Below the pieces are notes generated by a model. That model made no database searches and had not been told where the DNA came from. It worked only from the letters and a program-made list of their open reading frames with translations. From positions 32,001-96,000 of the forward strand of contig CAWCBP010000014.1 in assembly GCA_963793865.1 (NCBI GenBank): a stretch of 64,000 nucleotides of DNA, read 5' to 3'. This DNA is from an uncultured delta proteobacterium (GTDB lineage Bacteria; Desulfobacterota; WTBG01). A program made the translations under genes and the position numbers. Shown here in pieces: positions 42,210 to 51,329 of the stretch; the first letter of the stretch is position 1, and each line of letters starts with the position of its first letter.

Positions 42210-42292
42210 CAGGCTGTTCAAAACACCCATCCCCTGAGTTATGCTCATCCTTCGTCATTGCGGCGTACCGGAAAAACAATTCGCGGATACAC

Positions 42293-42685
42293 ATGCGTAA
42301 AATTTTCTTAATCTTGTTGCTTATCCTTTTTGCAGCACTTACTCCCTGTTTTGCCCGGGCAATCAACTCCGGGCCGCATTCCGCCGGCAACACCCTGTGG
42401 AAGCTCTTCCCGCAGAATATATACTTCGGGTTTGCGGACGGAGTGGTCTATACATGCGACGAATCGCTCACCGAATGCGAGCCTGCCGATGACTCCTTCT
42501 ACAGCGATTTTTTTATTTTTACCCTCTTCTATGTTCCCATCCGGGAAGATTACACCGGATTCATGTTCGGTTTTATACCCGCGGTTGGCTGGCGCGGCAG
42601 GATGATTGTTTATAATATTCCTCTCCGCTATACGCTGCGCGGCGTCCTGCTGCTGGCGAACGATGCCTGGAATCCCCCCGAATGA
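42293..42685 (+). CDS. Small exported hypothetical protein
   Basis: Signal peptide; lies between two co-oriented peptidase genes. Confidence 0.65.
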   Translation: MRKIFLILLLILFAALTPCFARAINSGPHSAGNTLWKLFPQNIYFGFADGVVYTCDESLTECEPADDSFYSDFFIFTLFYVPIREDYTGFMFGFIPAVGWRGRMIVYNIPLRYTLRGVLLLANDAWNPPE

Positions 42686-42706
42686 TAGTTTTTGTGGTAA
42701 ACATAA

Positions 42707-42750
42707 AGATTGCTTCGTTGTCCCGCTCAAGCGGGACTCCTCGCAACGAC
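42707..42750. repeat. GTCGTTGCGAG...GAAGCAATC palindromic element (inverted copy)
   Basis: Matches 36944-36987. Confidence 0.75.
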
Positions 42751-42808
42751 GGGTTTATTTGTTCTAAAAGGTTGTTTCAAGGACATAATACTAAAGAGTT
42801 AGATACAC

Positions 42809-44206
42809 ATGAGAAAGGTAATCCTAAATAGTACCCTTATTGTCTTGCTTCTCTGCAGCGCTCACGCGTCAGCCGGGCAGATCGCGCCGCCATTACTGCA
42901 ATCCATTTCCTCGCAGGGCTCAACCTCCATGATACCGGTCATGGTGCGGATGGCCGAAAGGCCGGCAGTGTCCATGACAGGTGAAGGGGAGGACAGGGAC
43001 GGCAGGGCATCGCGGTCGAGGAAGGTCATCGAGCTGCGCAGGCAAGCCGCCATGAGAAGCCAGCGGAGCATTATTGAACTGATCAGGCGGGAACAGGCGA
43101 AAGGCCGGGTATCACAGTATAAGCCGTTCTGGATCTGCAACGGGATTGCGATGAAAGCGGTTCCCGGGGTGATCAGGGCCATAGCTGCGCGGGCAGATGT
43201 GGAGATGGTGCTTGAGGATTACCCCCTTCCGGTTCCGTCTTTTCTGCCCGCCGAGCCGTTGCAGTCGGACGCTCTTTATACCTGGAACATCGAGAAGGTG
43301 AGGGCCCCGGAGGTGTGGGGAAAAGGATATGACGGGGCGGGCGTGGTGGTTGGAATCTTTGACACCGGTGTTGATGGCACGCATCCCGACCTTGCTGAAA
43401 AATTCCGCGGCGGCGCCAACAGCTGGCTTGATCCCCACGGGGAACATGACGTTCCCGTGGACTCGGCAGGTTCGGTAACCGGCCACGGCACGCATGTCGC
43501 GGGCATTATTCTGGGGGGTGATGAAAGCGGCACGCATATCGGGGTGGCGCCGGGGGCGCAATGGATTGCGGCGCGCATATGGAACGATGCCGGTGATCCT
43601 GCGTTAAGCTCGGATGTGCACGAAATTTTTCAGTGGTTCATGGATCCCGACGGGGAGCCGCTCACCGATGATGCACCCGATGTGGTGAACTGCTCCTGGG
43701 GATTCACATTGCTTGACGCCTTTCCCTGGTGTCTTGAAGAACTGCGCGATGACATCACGGCGTGGAGACTGGCCGGTATCATCCCCGTTTTCTCTGCAGG
43801 CAATGCGGGGCCTCGGTTTTTCTCCGGGGAAAGCCCGGGCAATTACCCGGAAACCATCGCAGTTGGCGCGACCACACCATTCGACACGGTGGCGTCGTTC
43901 AGCAGCCGGGGGCCGGGAAACTGCGACCGGAAGATTTTCCCGGATATGGCGGCGCCCGGTCTTGCGGTTGTGTCATCCGCTCCCCGGGGTCTGTACGCGG
44001 CAATTTCCGGCACCTCCCAGGCGGCGCCTCACGTGACCGGAATTATTGCCCTCATGCTTGATGCCCGGCCGGACCTCAGCGTGGATGAGGTGGAATCCGT
44101 CCTTAAAAAAACGGCACGCCGCATAAGCATTATGCATCCCAACTTCTCATCAGGCTGGGGCCGGGTCGATGCGCTTAAGGCGGTGAACGCCCTACTTCCC
44201 CGATAG
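42809..44206 (+). CDS. S8 serine peptidase (bacillopeptidase F-like), secreted
   Basis: DTGVDGTHPDL, GHGTHVAG, APDVVNCSWG, GTSQAAPHV. Confidence 0.92.
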   Translation: MRKVILNSTLIVLLLCSAHASAGQIAPPLLQSISSQGSTSMIPVMVRMAERPAVSMTGEGEDRDGRASRSRKVIELRRQAAMRSQRSIIELIRREQAKGRVSQYKPFWICNGIAMKAVPGVIRAIAARADVEMVLEDYPLPVPSFLPAEPLQSDALYTWNIEKVRAPEVWGKGYDGAGVVVGIFDTGVDGTHPDLAEKFRGGANSWLDPHGEHDVPVDSAGSVTGHGTHVAGIILGGDESGTHIGVAPGAQWIAARIWNDAGDPALSSDVHEIFQWFMDPDGEPLTDDAPDVVNCSWGFTLLDAFPWCLEELRDDITAWRLAGIIPVFSAGNAGPRFFSGESPGNYPETIAVGATTPFDTVASFSSRGPGNCDRKIFPDMAAPGLAVVSSAPRGLYAAISGTSQAAPHVTGIIALMLDARPDLSVDEVESVLKKTARRISIMHPNFSSGWGRVDALKAVNALLPR

Positions 44207-44406
44207 CTCTTACAGCGCCTGAAAGGGATTAATCGTATCACTTGATCCATCAGGTGATCATTTTGACAAAATCATCCGTGATTGCGCGCAGGACCGGCAA
44301 ACAGGATTCTTTGCTCCATTCCCGGCGGGAAAATTGTGCTGTTAAATTATCCCCGGTTCTGATAGAGTGAATAACAGCGTAAGCATTGCAGCTGAAGGAG
44401 GTTTGT

Positions 44407-44841
44407 ATGCGGGAGATGAGCAGAAAGGAGATGCTTGATTTCATTGCCGAATGGAAGTGGGGCACGGTCATCGGGGTGGAGGGCGACAGGCCCTATGCCA
44501 TAGAGGTTGCCTATGCGAGTGATGATACATACCTTTACTGCGGTTCGCGGCCGGGGGGACGGATGGCGCAGTGCATAAAGGCAAACGCGAACGCCGCTTT
44601 CAAAATCTGCGACTCCGATCCCGACCACAGAAAATGGCGCGCGGTCATCGTTGAAGGGAAAGCCGAGCGTTTGACGGAAAAAAAGGATGTGCTCTATTTT
44701 GTAAGGCTGCTGGCAAAAAAGATGGGGCGCCCCGAGCATTCCTTCGACGCCCTGGCTGATAAGATAACCTTGCATCCCGAGACCTCAAATACGCTGAGGT
44801 TGCCTCTCACGGTTATAAGCGGCAAAACCAATTGGCCGTAG
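44407..44841 (+). CDS. Pyridoxamine 5'-phosphate oxidase-like (NimA-like) flavin-binding protein
   Basis: MREMS, PYA..V.Y, WRAVIVEG, ISGK. Confidence 0.75.
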   Translation: MREMSRKEMLDFIAEWKWGTVIGVEGDRPYAIEVAYASDDTYLYCGSRPGGRMAQCIKANANAAFKICDSDPDHRKWRAVIVEGKAERLTEKKDVLYFVRLLAKKMGRPEHSFDALADKITLHPETSNTLRLPLTVISGKTNWP

Positions 44842-44909
44842 TCAGGATGGCCATAGAGTCCGGCAGAGTACAGTTAATTATTCATTTCCAAACATCGTAA
44901 GGAGGATAT

Positions 44910-45389
44910 ATGAGCGAGAAAGAACAAAAAGGCATGCCCTGGGAGCAGCAGAGGGAACTTCTCATCAACATGAACGCGCTCAAGCTCCCGCTTCTGCACC
45001 AGAGCCTGATTGAGACCTACGGGGAAAAGAAAGGCAATGAGATTTATGAAGAAGTGTTTGAAACCAACTACAAGAAAAGGTCGAAGCAATTTGAGGGAAA
45101 AGATGTCGGCGATATTATGATGGCCGAGGTGAACATGTTTCCGGCGATGGGCTGGGAGCTGTGGGTTGAGAAGAAAGAGGAAAACAATGAGCCCGTCTGG
45201 TTTGAACATTTGAGCAAATGCCCCCACCTGGATGCCACCCGGAAACGGAATCTCCCGCTGCCCTGCGGGATTATCTGCGACATGGATGTGAAAATGGCCA
45301 CAAAGCACAAGCTGGGCAGTTGGAAGCGGCTGAAGCACATGCCGTCAGGTGACAGCGAATGTCTGTTCCAGATCAAGCGGTATAAATAA
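44910..45389 (+). CDS. Hypothetical protein, ATC-hydrolase-like
   Basis: KCPH, C..ICDMD, GDSECLF; GGAGG RBS. Confidence 0.55.
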   Translation: MSEKEQKGMPWEQQRELLINMNALKLPLLHQSLIETYGEKKGNEIYEEVFETNYKKRSKQFEGKDVGDIMMAEVNMFPAMGWELWVEKKEENNEPVWFEHLSKCPHLDATRKRNLPLPCGIICDMDVKMATKHKLGSWKRLKHMPSGDSECLFQIKRYK

Positions 45390-45418
45390 AACCCTGAATG
45401 GAAATCAGACCAGCAGTT

Positions 45419-45454
45419 AAAAAGCCTCCCGGCCGTTCAGCCGGGAGGCTTTTT
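45419..45454. terminator. Bidirectional Rho-independent terminator
   Basis: aaaaagcctcccggc-cgttca-gccgggaggcttttt between convergent genes. Confidence 0.85.
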
Positions 45455-45477
45455 GCAATCAAAGAACGATCCCTCGT

Positions 45478-48135
45478 TCAGGGATACGCGCAGTAGTCAT
45501 CCGTTTCACAGTTTGAAGGACATGCCTGGCTTAATGTGCTCCTGCCGAAATCTGATTTAAACAGCGCCGCGTCAGATCCGTCAACGTTTCCGTTGCAGGT
45601 AAAATCGCCGTTGCAAGGGTCATCATTGGTACAGGGTCGCTTGTAGCCACTTCTGCCGAAATCAGCTTTGAAAATGGCCGCGTCAAGGCCATCCTGATCC
45701 GCATCACAATCAAAATTGCCTTCGCAGAAAATGTTGTCAATACTGTCCTGAAGCAGCTTGTTGACATATCCCTGGTTGTGAATACCCCAGCTGCGGTCAT
45801 TTAAGACAAGCTTGTAATTGGTGTAGGCATGCTCCAGAGCACCATCGGGGTCATCCAGGAACGGCAACGTCCCTCCCTTGTGGCAGCGGGCGCAGCTCCC
45901 CGGTTGGTTGGCAGGGAGAAAGTCGTGATTTTCTCCTTTGAGCATGTTCGAGAGGGTGGTTAATTTCGCTTTTATGGCTGTCTGTTTTCCGTTTCTATCG
46001 AAATCAGTTACCCCCGGATGGCAGCCCTGGCATACGGCGATGTTGAGGATGTCATCGGCGGTTTCAGGCACCTGGTCATCCCCGTAATCCCGCATGCGCA
46101 TGGTGTGGCCGCCGATCTTCCGCACCCCGTTTTCATCATTTGCCGTCACTGAGGTGTCCATATGACAGAGGACGCACTTCTCAGCGGTGCGGTGAGGATT
46201 ACTTGCCCCCAGATAAGGGGTGTAGTTCTCCCCCGGGTAGTGGTAGGCGTTCTCAAATTCCCCTCCCAACCCTTCCAGAATGGCATTCTGCCACTTCTCG
46301 TAGTGACAGGTATCGCAGGCGGTTCCCGTGCTTCCCGTCCGTAACCCGTAAGGGTTCCCGGTATCAGCATCGTGGGGATCGTGGCAGACCGAGCAGGACA
46401 CGTTGGGGGTGTCCTTGGGCACCACCGAGAGAGGCGTGAAGGGGAAGTAGGAAAAGTCGTGAAAGGGTTTTGCCGTCTGCTCAACCGCACCGATGTACCC
46501 TTGGGTGTAATGGCATTTGTAGCAGCTGGTGAGCCTTCCCTCGGAGGGTTCAAAATAGCCGAAGGGAAGCGGGTCGGAATGATTGGCCTTCTGCAGCTCG
46601 GCAAATTCCAGGTGGCACTGCCCGCACACCCCCGACCAGTTGCTGGACGAGAGCTTGTTATTGGAAGGATCGGTAACGTGCACGCTTCCCGGCCCATGAC
46701 AGCTCTGACATCCCGTGCCAACGCTTGCATGGGTGGTATTTGCGTATCCGGGGACGCTGTGACAGGCGGTGCAGGCTGTTGCGGTTGTGTTGGCAACCGT
46801 AATTTTCACATTCGAAGGAGCGCTGACCATTGCCTCGTCATCGGTTACCGTCAGGCTGGCGGTAAAGTAATCCCCTGCCGGGGTGCCGCCGGGTATGGTA
46901 AATGAGACATTTTCTGACGTGGACGAGGGGGTGAGCAGGTAGGTGAGATCGGTATTGTTCTTGTCTTTCAGGGTCCAGCTGTAATCAAACACTGAGGCGC
47001 TGAAATTGCCGTTTTTGTTCTCATAGATGTCAAAACAGGGGGCATCGGGGTTGAACTCTATGGGAGAGGGAAGATTGATATCGATGCCGAATCCCCTGAG
47101 GTAGACGGTGGAATCCGGGAGCACAAAAGAGGTGCCGGCGGTGGAGGTATTGACCTGATTGTTATAGATATAGGGAAGTTCCGATGGTCCCGGGATGACC
47201 GAGGCAACCGCCTCGGGTGCGACATTTACCGCACTAAAGCTGACGCTGCTGCTGGCAACGACACCGGCACTGTCATCAACAAAGAGCTTTAAGGTGTAAT
47301 TGCCGCTGGCAGGAATGATAAAGTAGTATACCTTGCTTTCACCCAGGTAATATTCTTGTCCTATGGGAACAGACCCTGGCGGGACTTCCGCTTTCAACCA
47401 GAAAAAGTTCACCGCGCCAGTGCTCCCCCTGCCGTCACAATAGACACTCTTGCCCTTGTAAGTCGGGAGTGGCAGCGGATCACCGCTATAGCTCTTTCTC
47501 AGTATAAAGGATGCGGTAGCGGCGGAACTCCCCTGCAGGGTCAAGGTGAAGTTCTGCACCAGGGTTTCTCCCGCCACTGGCGCTACATCAACCATGTTTT
47601 TTATATAGTCGTCCGCCAAGGCAACAAGCTTGTAGTTGCCTTCATTTACATTGTCCAATGAATAAAGTCCATCTATGTCAGTCACCGTAGACTGCTTGGC
47701 CACAAAATACGTCGACACCCCGTCACTTTCATAATTGCCCAGGATAACCACAACATCTGCCATGGGAGATGTGCCGTCGGTTATGATTCCTGAAATACCG
47801 GATTCCTGCTTCATGGGGACAGCGGCGACCGTTTCCTGGTCAGCCTCAACCGTGATAAAACCCACCGCTTGCTTGATATAGCCATCGGCTTCAACGTCAA
47901 CCTGGTAGTTGCGCGACGGGGTGACCGGATCCAGCACAAATTCTCCGTTGAAATCGGTGGTGCCGCCGTCATCGCAGGGGGTGATCAGAACCTGCGCCCC
48001 CGCAATCGGCGCCTCCGAATAGAAATCCTTCACCACCACCTTAATCGACCCCATGGGATCCTGCGCCATCGCGCTGCTGACCAAGGTGAAAAGAAGAAGT
48101 GTTATTGCTGCGATGATGTTGCCCTTTCCCCCCAT
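45478..48135 (-). CDS. Secreted multiheme cytochrome c (9 CxxCH) with Ig-like N-terminal domains and a dockerin-like C-terminus
   Basis: CTACH, CQSCH, CGQCH, CYKCH, CSVCH, CDTCH, CVLCH, CQGCH, CARCH; signal peptide. Confidence 0.9.
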   Translation of the reverse strand: MGGKGNIIAAITLLLFTLVSSAMAQDPMGSIKVVVKDFYSEAPIAGAQVLITPCDDGGTTDFNGEFVLDPVTPSRNYQVDVEADGYIKQAVGFITVEADQETVAAVPMKQESGISGIITDGTSPMADVVVILGNYESDGVSTYFVAKQSTVTDIDGLYSLDNVNEGNYKLVALADDYIKNMVDVAPVAGETLVQNFTLTLQGSSAATASFILRKSYSGDPLPLPTYKGKSVYCDGRGSTGAVNFFWLKAEVPPGSVPIGQEYYLGESKVYYFIIPASGNYTLKLFVDDSAGVVASSSVSFSAVNVAPEAVASVIPGPSELPYIYNNQVNTSTAGTSFVLPDSTVYLRGFGIDINLPSPIEFNPDAPCFDIYENKNGNFSASVFDYSWTLKDKNNTDLTYLLTPSSTSENVSFTIPGGTPAGDYFTASLTVTDDEAMVSAPSNVKITVANTTATACTACHSVPGYANTTHASVGTGCQSCHGPGSVHVTDPSNNKLSSSNWSGVCGQCHLEFAELQKANHSDPLPFGYFEPSEGRLTSCYKCHYTQGYIGAVEQTAKPFHDFSYFPFTPLSVVPKDTPNVSCSVCHDPHDADTGNPYGLRTGSTGTACDTCHYEKWQNAILEGLGGEFENAYHYPGENYTPYLGASNPHRTAEKCVLCHMDTSVTANDENGVRKIGGHTMRMRDYGDDQVPETADDILNIAVCQGCHPGVTDFDRNGKQTAIKAKLTTLSNMLKGENHDFLPANQPGSCARCHKGGTLPFLDDPDGALEHAYTNYKLVLNDRSWGIHNQGYVNKLLQDSIDNIFCEGNFDCDADQDGLDAAIFKADFGRSGYKRPCTNDDPCNGDFTCNGNVDGSDAALFKSDFGRSTLSQACPSNCETDDYCAYP

Positions 48136-48546
48136 CTTGAACCTCCTTTTGCTTGCTGGTTACAAAGATCCTTTGCTCGTGGGTATCAAGAAAACATCGT
48201 AAAAATTGAGCACACAATTCGCATAAGATTATTTTAACAGATTGGCTTATTTACGCTATGACTTAAGTCATAAAAAAACAGCGCAGTTCATATTAACAAA
48301 GCAGAACGGGGTGCTGATATAAAAAATATCGATAATTCAAATTGTTAAAATCAAATTCATTTAATTTGTATTTCAATTATAATACAAATAATGGTCTTTA
48401 TCAATTAAAAAATGGGCATTTTAAAATAAAAGACGGCTCATCAAACATATAATGATTAAGCGATCCCCCCGAAAGTCCACTTTCCCGCGAAAATTGCTTT
48501 TGATGAACAACAATAATACGTCAGATAGTTAAACTTCTTAGCGGTA

Positions 48547-48569
48547 AGAGAACGATTCGTTCTTGACAA
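48547..48569 (+). promoter_or_regulatory. Palindromic operator overlapping a TTGACA -35 element
   Basis: agaacgattcgttcttgaca upstream of the DUF169 genes. Confidence 0.45.
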
Positions 48570-48623
48570 ACAAGCCTACAATAGACTAGTAATTAATGAC
48601 TTTGTTTTTACAGGAGGATAAAA

Positions 48624-49598
48624 ATGACTGATTACAAGGCATTAACCGATATTCTTGTGACCAAGGGGAAAGTTCGGGGAAAACCGGTTGCGGTCAGTTT
48701 ATTTAAGGACAGTATACCTCCGGGATATGAGCCCATCCAGGACACCCCGTGCTCCATCATTCACTATGCCATGGATGAGGGCAGGAAGGTCTATTTTGAT
48801 GCCGACCACCACGACTGCCTGGTTGGTGTCCACCATGCCGGCATTGTTCCCGGCACCCAGGAAATCGTCAATGGCGAATACCTCTCCAAAACCAGCACTT
48901 TCTTCACCTATGAAGGAGCCGCGCGGCTTAAATCGGGTTCTTTTATGCTTCCCCCCCGCATGATAAAAGCAATCGGCGCGGCTCCCCTGGATGAGGTGCC
49001 GGAAGGTGTCGCGGTGGACTGGGTGGTTGCGGTGTGCAATCCTCACAATGCCAACAACATCGCGGGATGCCGGGTCTGCAGGGAAGGTATTCTTCCCCAC
49101 GCGGAAATCGCCAACTCCCTCTGCTCCACCCTATTTGCCACCCCCTGGCACGTGAAGAATGTTGTGTTTGCCACGGGGGATTTCGGCGGGCGGATGCACA
49201 ACCGGATGAAGCAGGACCAGGTTTTTGTCATTATCCCCGACCAGTTTCTGCATTACGTCCCCCTGCTGCTCAATGATATGAAGGTCGATGTGAAGGAAAG
49301 CCGGAAGATGACCAAGCCGGCGCATTCGAGCTTCTGGAAGGATGATGGCGGCGCAAAAGAAGACAAGGCTTCGGGAACTTCTCCCGGGGATGCCGAAGAG
49401 GCGCCGGCCGTCACCTTTACCATGGAATGGGATGACGAGGCGCGGGAGATGATGAAGAAGGTCCCCGAGGGCATTATGGAAATGGCCATTGGAAACTCAG
49501 AGGAATTCGCCCGGCAGAAAGGCTATCCGAAGGTTTCAAAAAAATCCATCCAGGAGCTCATGGAAAGCCTGGGCATGAACCTGGATGATATGCTGTGA
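48624..49598 (+). CDS. DUF169-like protein with C-terminal PCP_red-like domain
   Basis: PVAV, PC, DC.VG, APL....DWV; tail W.DEA..MMKKVP......A....EEFA.QKG. Confidence 0.65.
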   Translation: MTDYKALTDILVTKGKVRGKPVAVSLFKDSIPPGYEPIQDTPCSIIHYAMDEGRKVYFDADHHDCLVGVHHAGIVPGTQEIVNGEYLSKTSTFFTYEGAARLKSGSFMLPPRMIKAIGAAPLDEVPEGVAVDWVVAVCNPHNANNIAGCRVCREGILPHAEIANSLCSTLFATPWHVKNVVFATGDFGGRMHNRMKQDQVFVIIPDQFLHYVPLLLNDMKVDVKESRKMTKPAHSSFWKDDGGAKEDKASGTSPGDAEEAPAVTFTMEWDDEAREMMKKVPEGIMEMAIGNSEEFARQKGYPKVSKKSIQELMESLGMNLDDML

Positions 49599-49606
49599 GA
49601 GGGAAA

Positions 49607-49744
49607 AGATGCAGGATACAGGATACACGATGCAGGTTGCATGCGGCATTCTCCTGTAAAAAGCATTGTGGCTGCTGAATCCGGCATCACGTATCAAAAA
49701 GGTTTTCTCCGCTATCGTGCATCCTGTATCGTGTATCATGCATC
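49607..49744. repeat. Inverted heptamer arrays (GGATACA type)
   Basis: gatgcaggatacaggatacacgatgca pairs with tgcatcctgtatcgtgtatcatgcatc. Confidence 0.75.
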
Positions 49745-49765
49745 GATCCCCAAAGGAGGTTTTAT

Positions 49766-50449
49766 ATGAGCAAGAATAAGCAGTATGCGAAGCAGCTGAA
49801 AGAAATGGAGGGGTATGAGCGGAAAATCATCGCCTTTAAGCTCTGTGACGAGGTTCCGGAGCATGTCGAATTTTATGGAGACGATTTTTCGTTCTACTGC
49901 GCCATCATCGCTGAAATCTGGGAGGGACGCAAGCCCTTCTACATCACCAACAAGAACATCATGTGCGGCGGGGCGGTGTATTCCGGTCTCGGGGTGAAGC
50001 GGATGACCAAGGAAGACTTCGACCTGGGCATGTCCCAGACCATCGGCGAGAACAAGGCCTATTCCACCAGGGAGGTAATGCGCCGGGTCAACCAGCAGAT
50101 TCCCCATCATTTCGTGCACCATAAATACCAGATTGTCGGTGCCCTTGAGGATATGGAGGATCCGGATGTGGTGATGGTTGTGGCCGACGCCAACAGAGTG
50201 ATGCGGTTGTGCAAGGTGTATACCTGGAAGACCGGCGAGCTGGTGCATGGCCTGTCGGGAACCGCCTGGTGCACCAATTCGTTTCCCCTGGTCTACCGGA
50301 CCAAGACCATGACCTTCAACATGGGAGACCCGCCTTCGCGGCACCTTATGAAACTGGCGCCGGGAGAGATGTTCTGTTTTATCCATTATGATCTGCTGCC
50401 CCTTATTGTTGACAACTTTAAGAATATCTCGGACGGGGATGTGCTTTAA
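49766..50449 (+). CDS. DUF169-like protein
   Basis: IAFK, FYC, MCGGA..GL, DPDVVMVVA, AWC, GD..SR. Confidence 0.65.
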   Translation: MSKNKQYAKQLKEMEGYERKIIAFKLCDEVPEHVEFYGDDFSFYCAIIAEIWEGRKPFYITNKNIMCGGAVYSGLGVKRMTKEDFDLGMSQTIGENKAYSTREVMRRVNQQIPHHFVHHKYQIVGALEDMEDPDVVMVVADANRVMRLCKVYTWKTGELVHGLSGTAWCTNSFPLVYRTKTMTFNMGDPPSRHLMKLAPGEMFCFIHYDLLPLIVDNFKNISDGDVL

Positions 50450-50476
50450 TTCATCGGGTACAAGGGAGAATGCACC

Positions 50477-50680
50477 ATGGCCTACCATATAACTGACAAC
50501 TGCCTCATATGCGGTACCTGCTGGGAGATTTGTCCGACAGATTCCATTGAGGAATACGACTGGTACTACAGGATAGCAGATACCTGCGTGGAGTGCGGCG
50601 CCTGCGCGCGGGTGTGCCCCAACCACGCGATCATCAAGGTGGATGACGAGAAAAAATCAAAAAATAAAAAATCAGCATAA
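50477..50680 (+). CDS. 2[4Fe-4S] ferredoxin
   Basis: CLICGTCWEICP and CVECGACARVCP. Confidence 0.92.
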   Translation: MAYHITDNCLICGTCWEICPTDSIEEYDWYYRIADTCVECGACARVCPNHAIIKVDDEKKSKNKKSA

Positions 50681-50849
50681 TCCGTTAGATCGGTCCTATG
50701 CGGGGTGACACGCTCTGTCGTGTCCGATGCATCGACAGCCGCGACAGGGCGTTATTATCTTTCCTGAATTGTACGCATTCCGTCTTCTGTTGCTTGTGCA
50801 AACTTGATTTTTTCCTATCCTGAATCTGAACAATGCGCGGGGAGAGATC

Positions 50850-51269
50850 ATGAAATCCTACCGGAAGGAGCTGTGGTTTAATGTGCCCGCCAGGCGAGCC
50901 TTTATCAACATCACCCCGCAGGTGGAATCCTGTTTGAAGGAGAGCGGCGTGAGGGAGGGCCTCGCCCTGGTAAACGCCATGCACATTACTGCCTCGGTTT
51001 TCATAAACGATGACGAATCGGGACTGCACCACGATTATGAGGAATGGCTTGAGCAGCTTGCGCCCCACGAACCGGTCTCCCGCTACCGGCATAATCGCAC
51101 GGGAGAGGATAACGGCGATGCCCATCTCAAGCGCCAGGTCATGGGAAGGGAAGTGGTGGTGGCCGTCACCGAAGGCAGGCTTGACTTCGGCCCCTGGGAG
51201 CAGATTTTCTACGGTGAGTTTGACGGCAGGAGAAAAAAGCGGGTGCTGGTCAAAATCATCGGGGAGTGA
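50850..51269 (+). CDS. YjbQ family protein
   Basis: [34 protein letters not shown]. Confidence 0.9.
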   Translation: MKSYRKELWFNVPARRAFINITPQVESCLKESGVREGLALVNAMHITASVFINDDESGLHHDYEEWLEQLAPHEPVSRYRHNRTGEDNGDAHLKRQVMGREVVVAVTEGRLDFGPWEQIFYGEFDGRRKKRVLVKIIGE

Positions 51270-51329
51270 GAGAACCGTTTTGTGCGCAAGGTCTGTTTCG
51301 GCAGCATGGCCGCACGCACGGAGGGAAGC

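Noticed and set aside
40956..44206. S8 proteases as RiPP leader peptidases
   Set aside because: No precursor peptide or modifying enzymes nearby; both look like ordinary secreted subtilases
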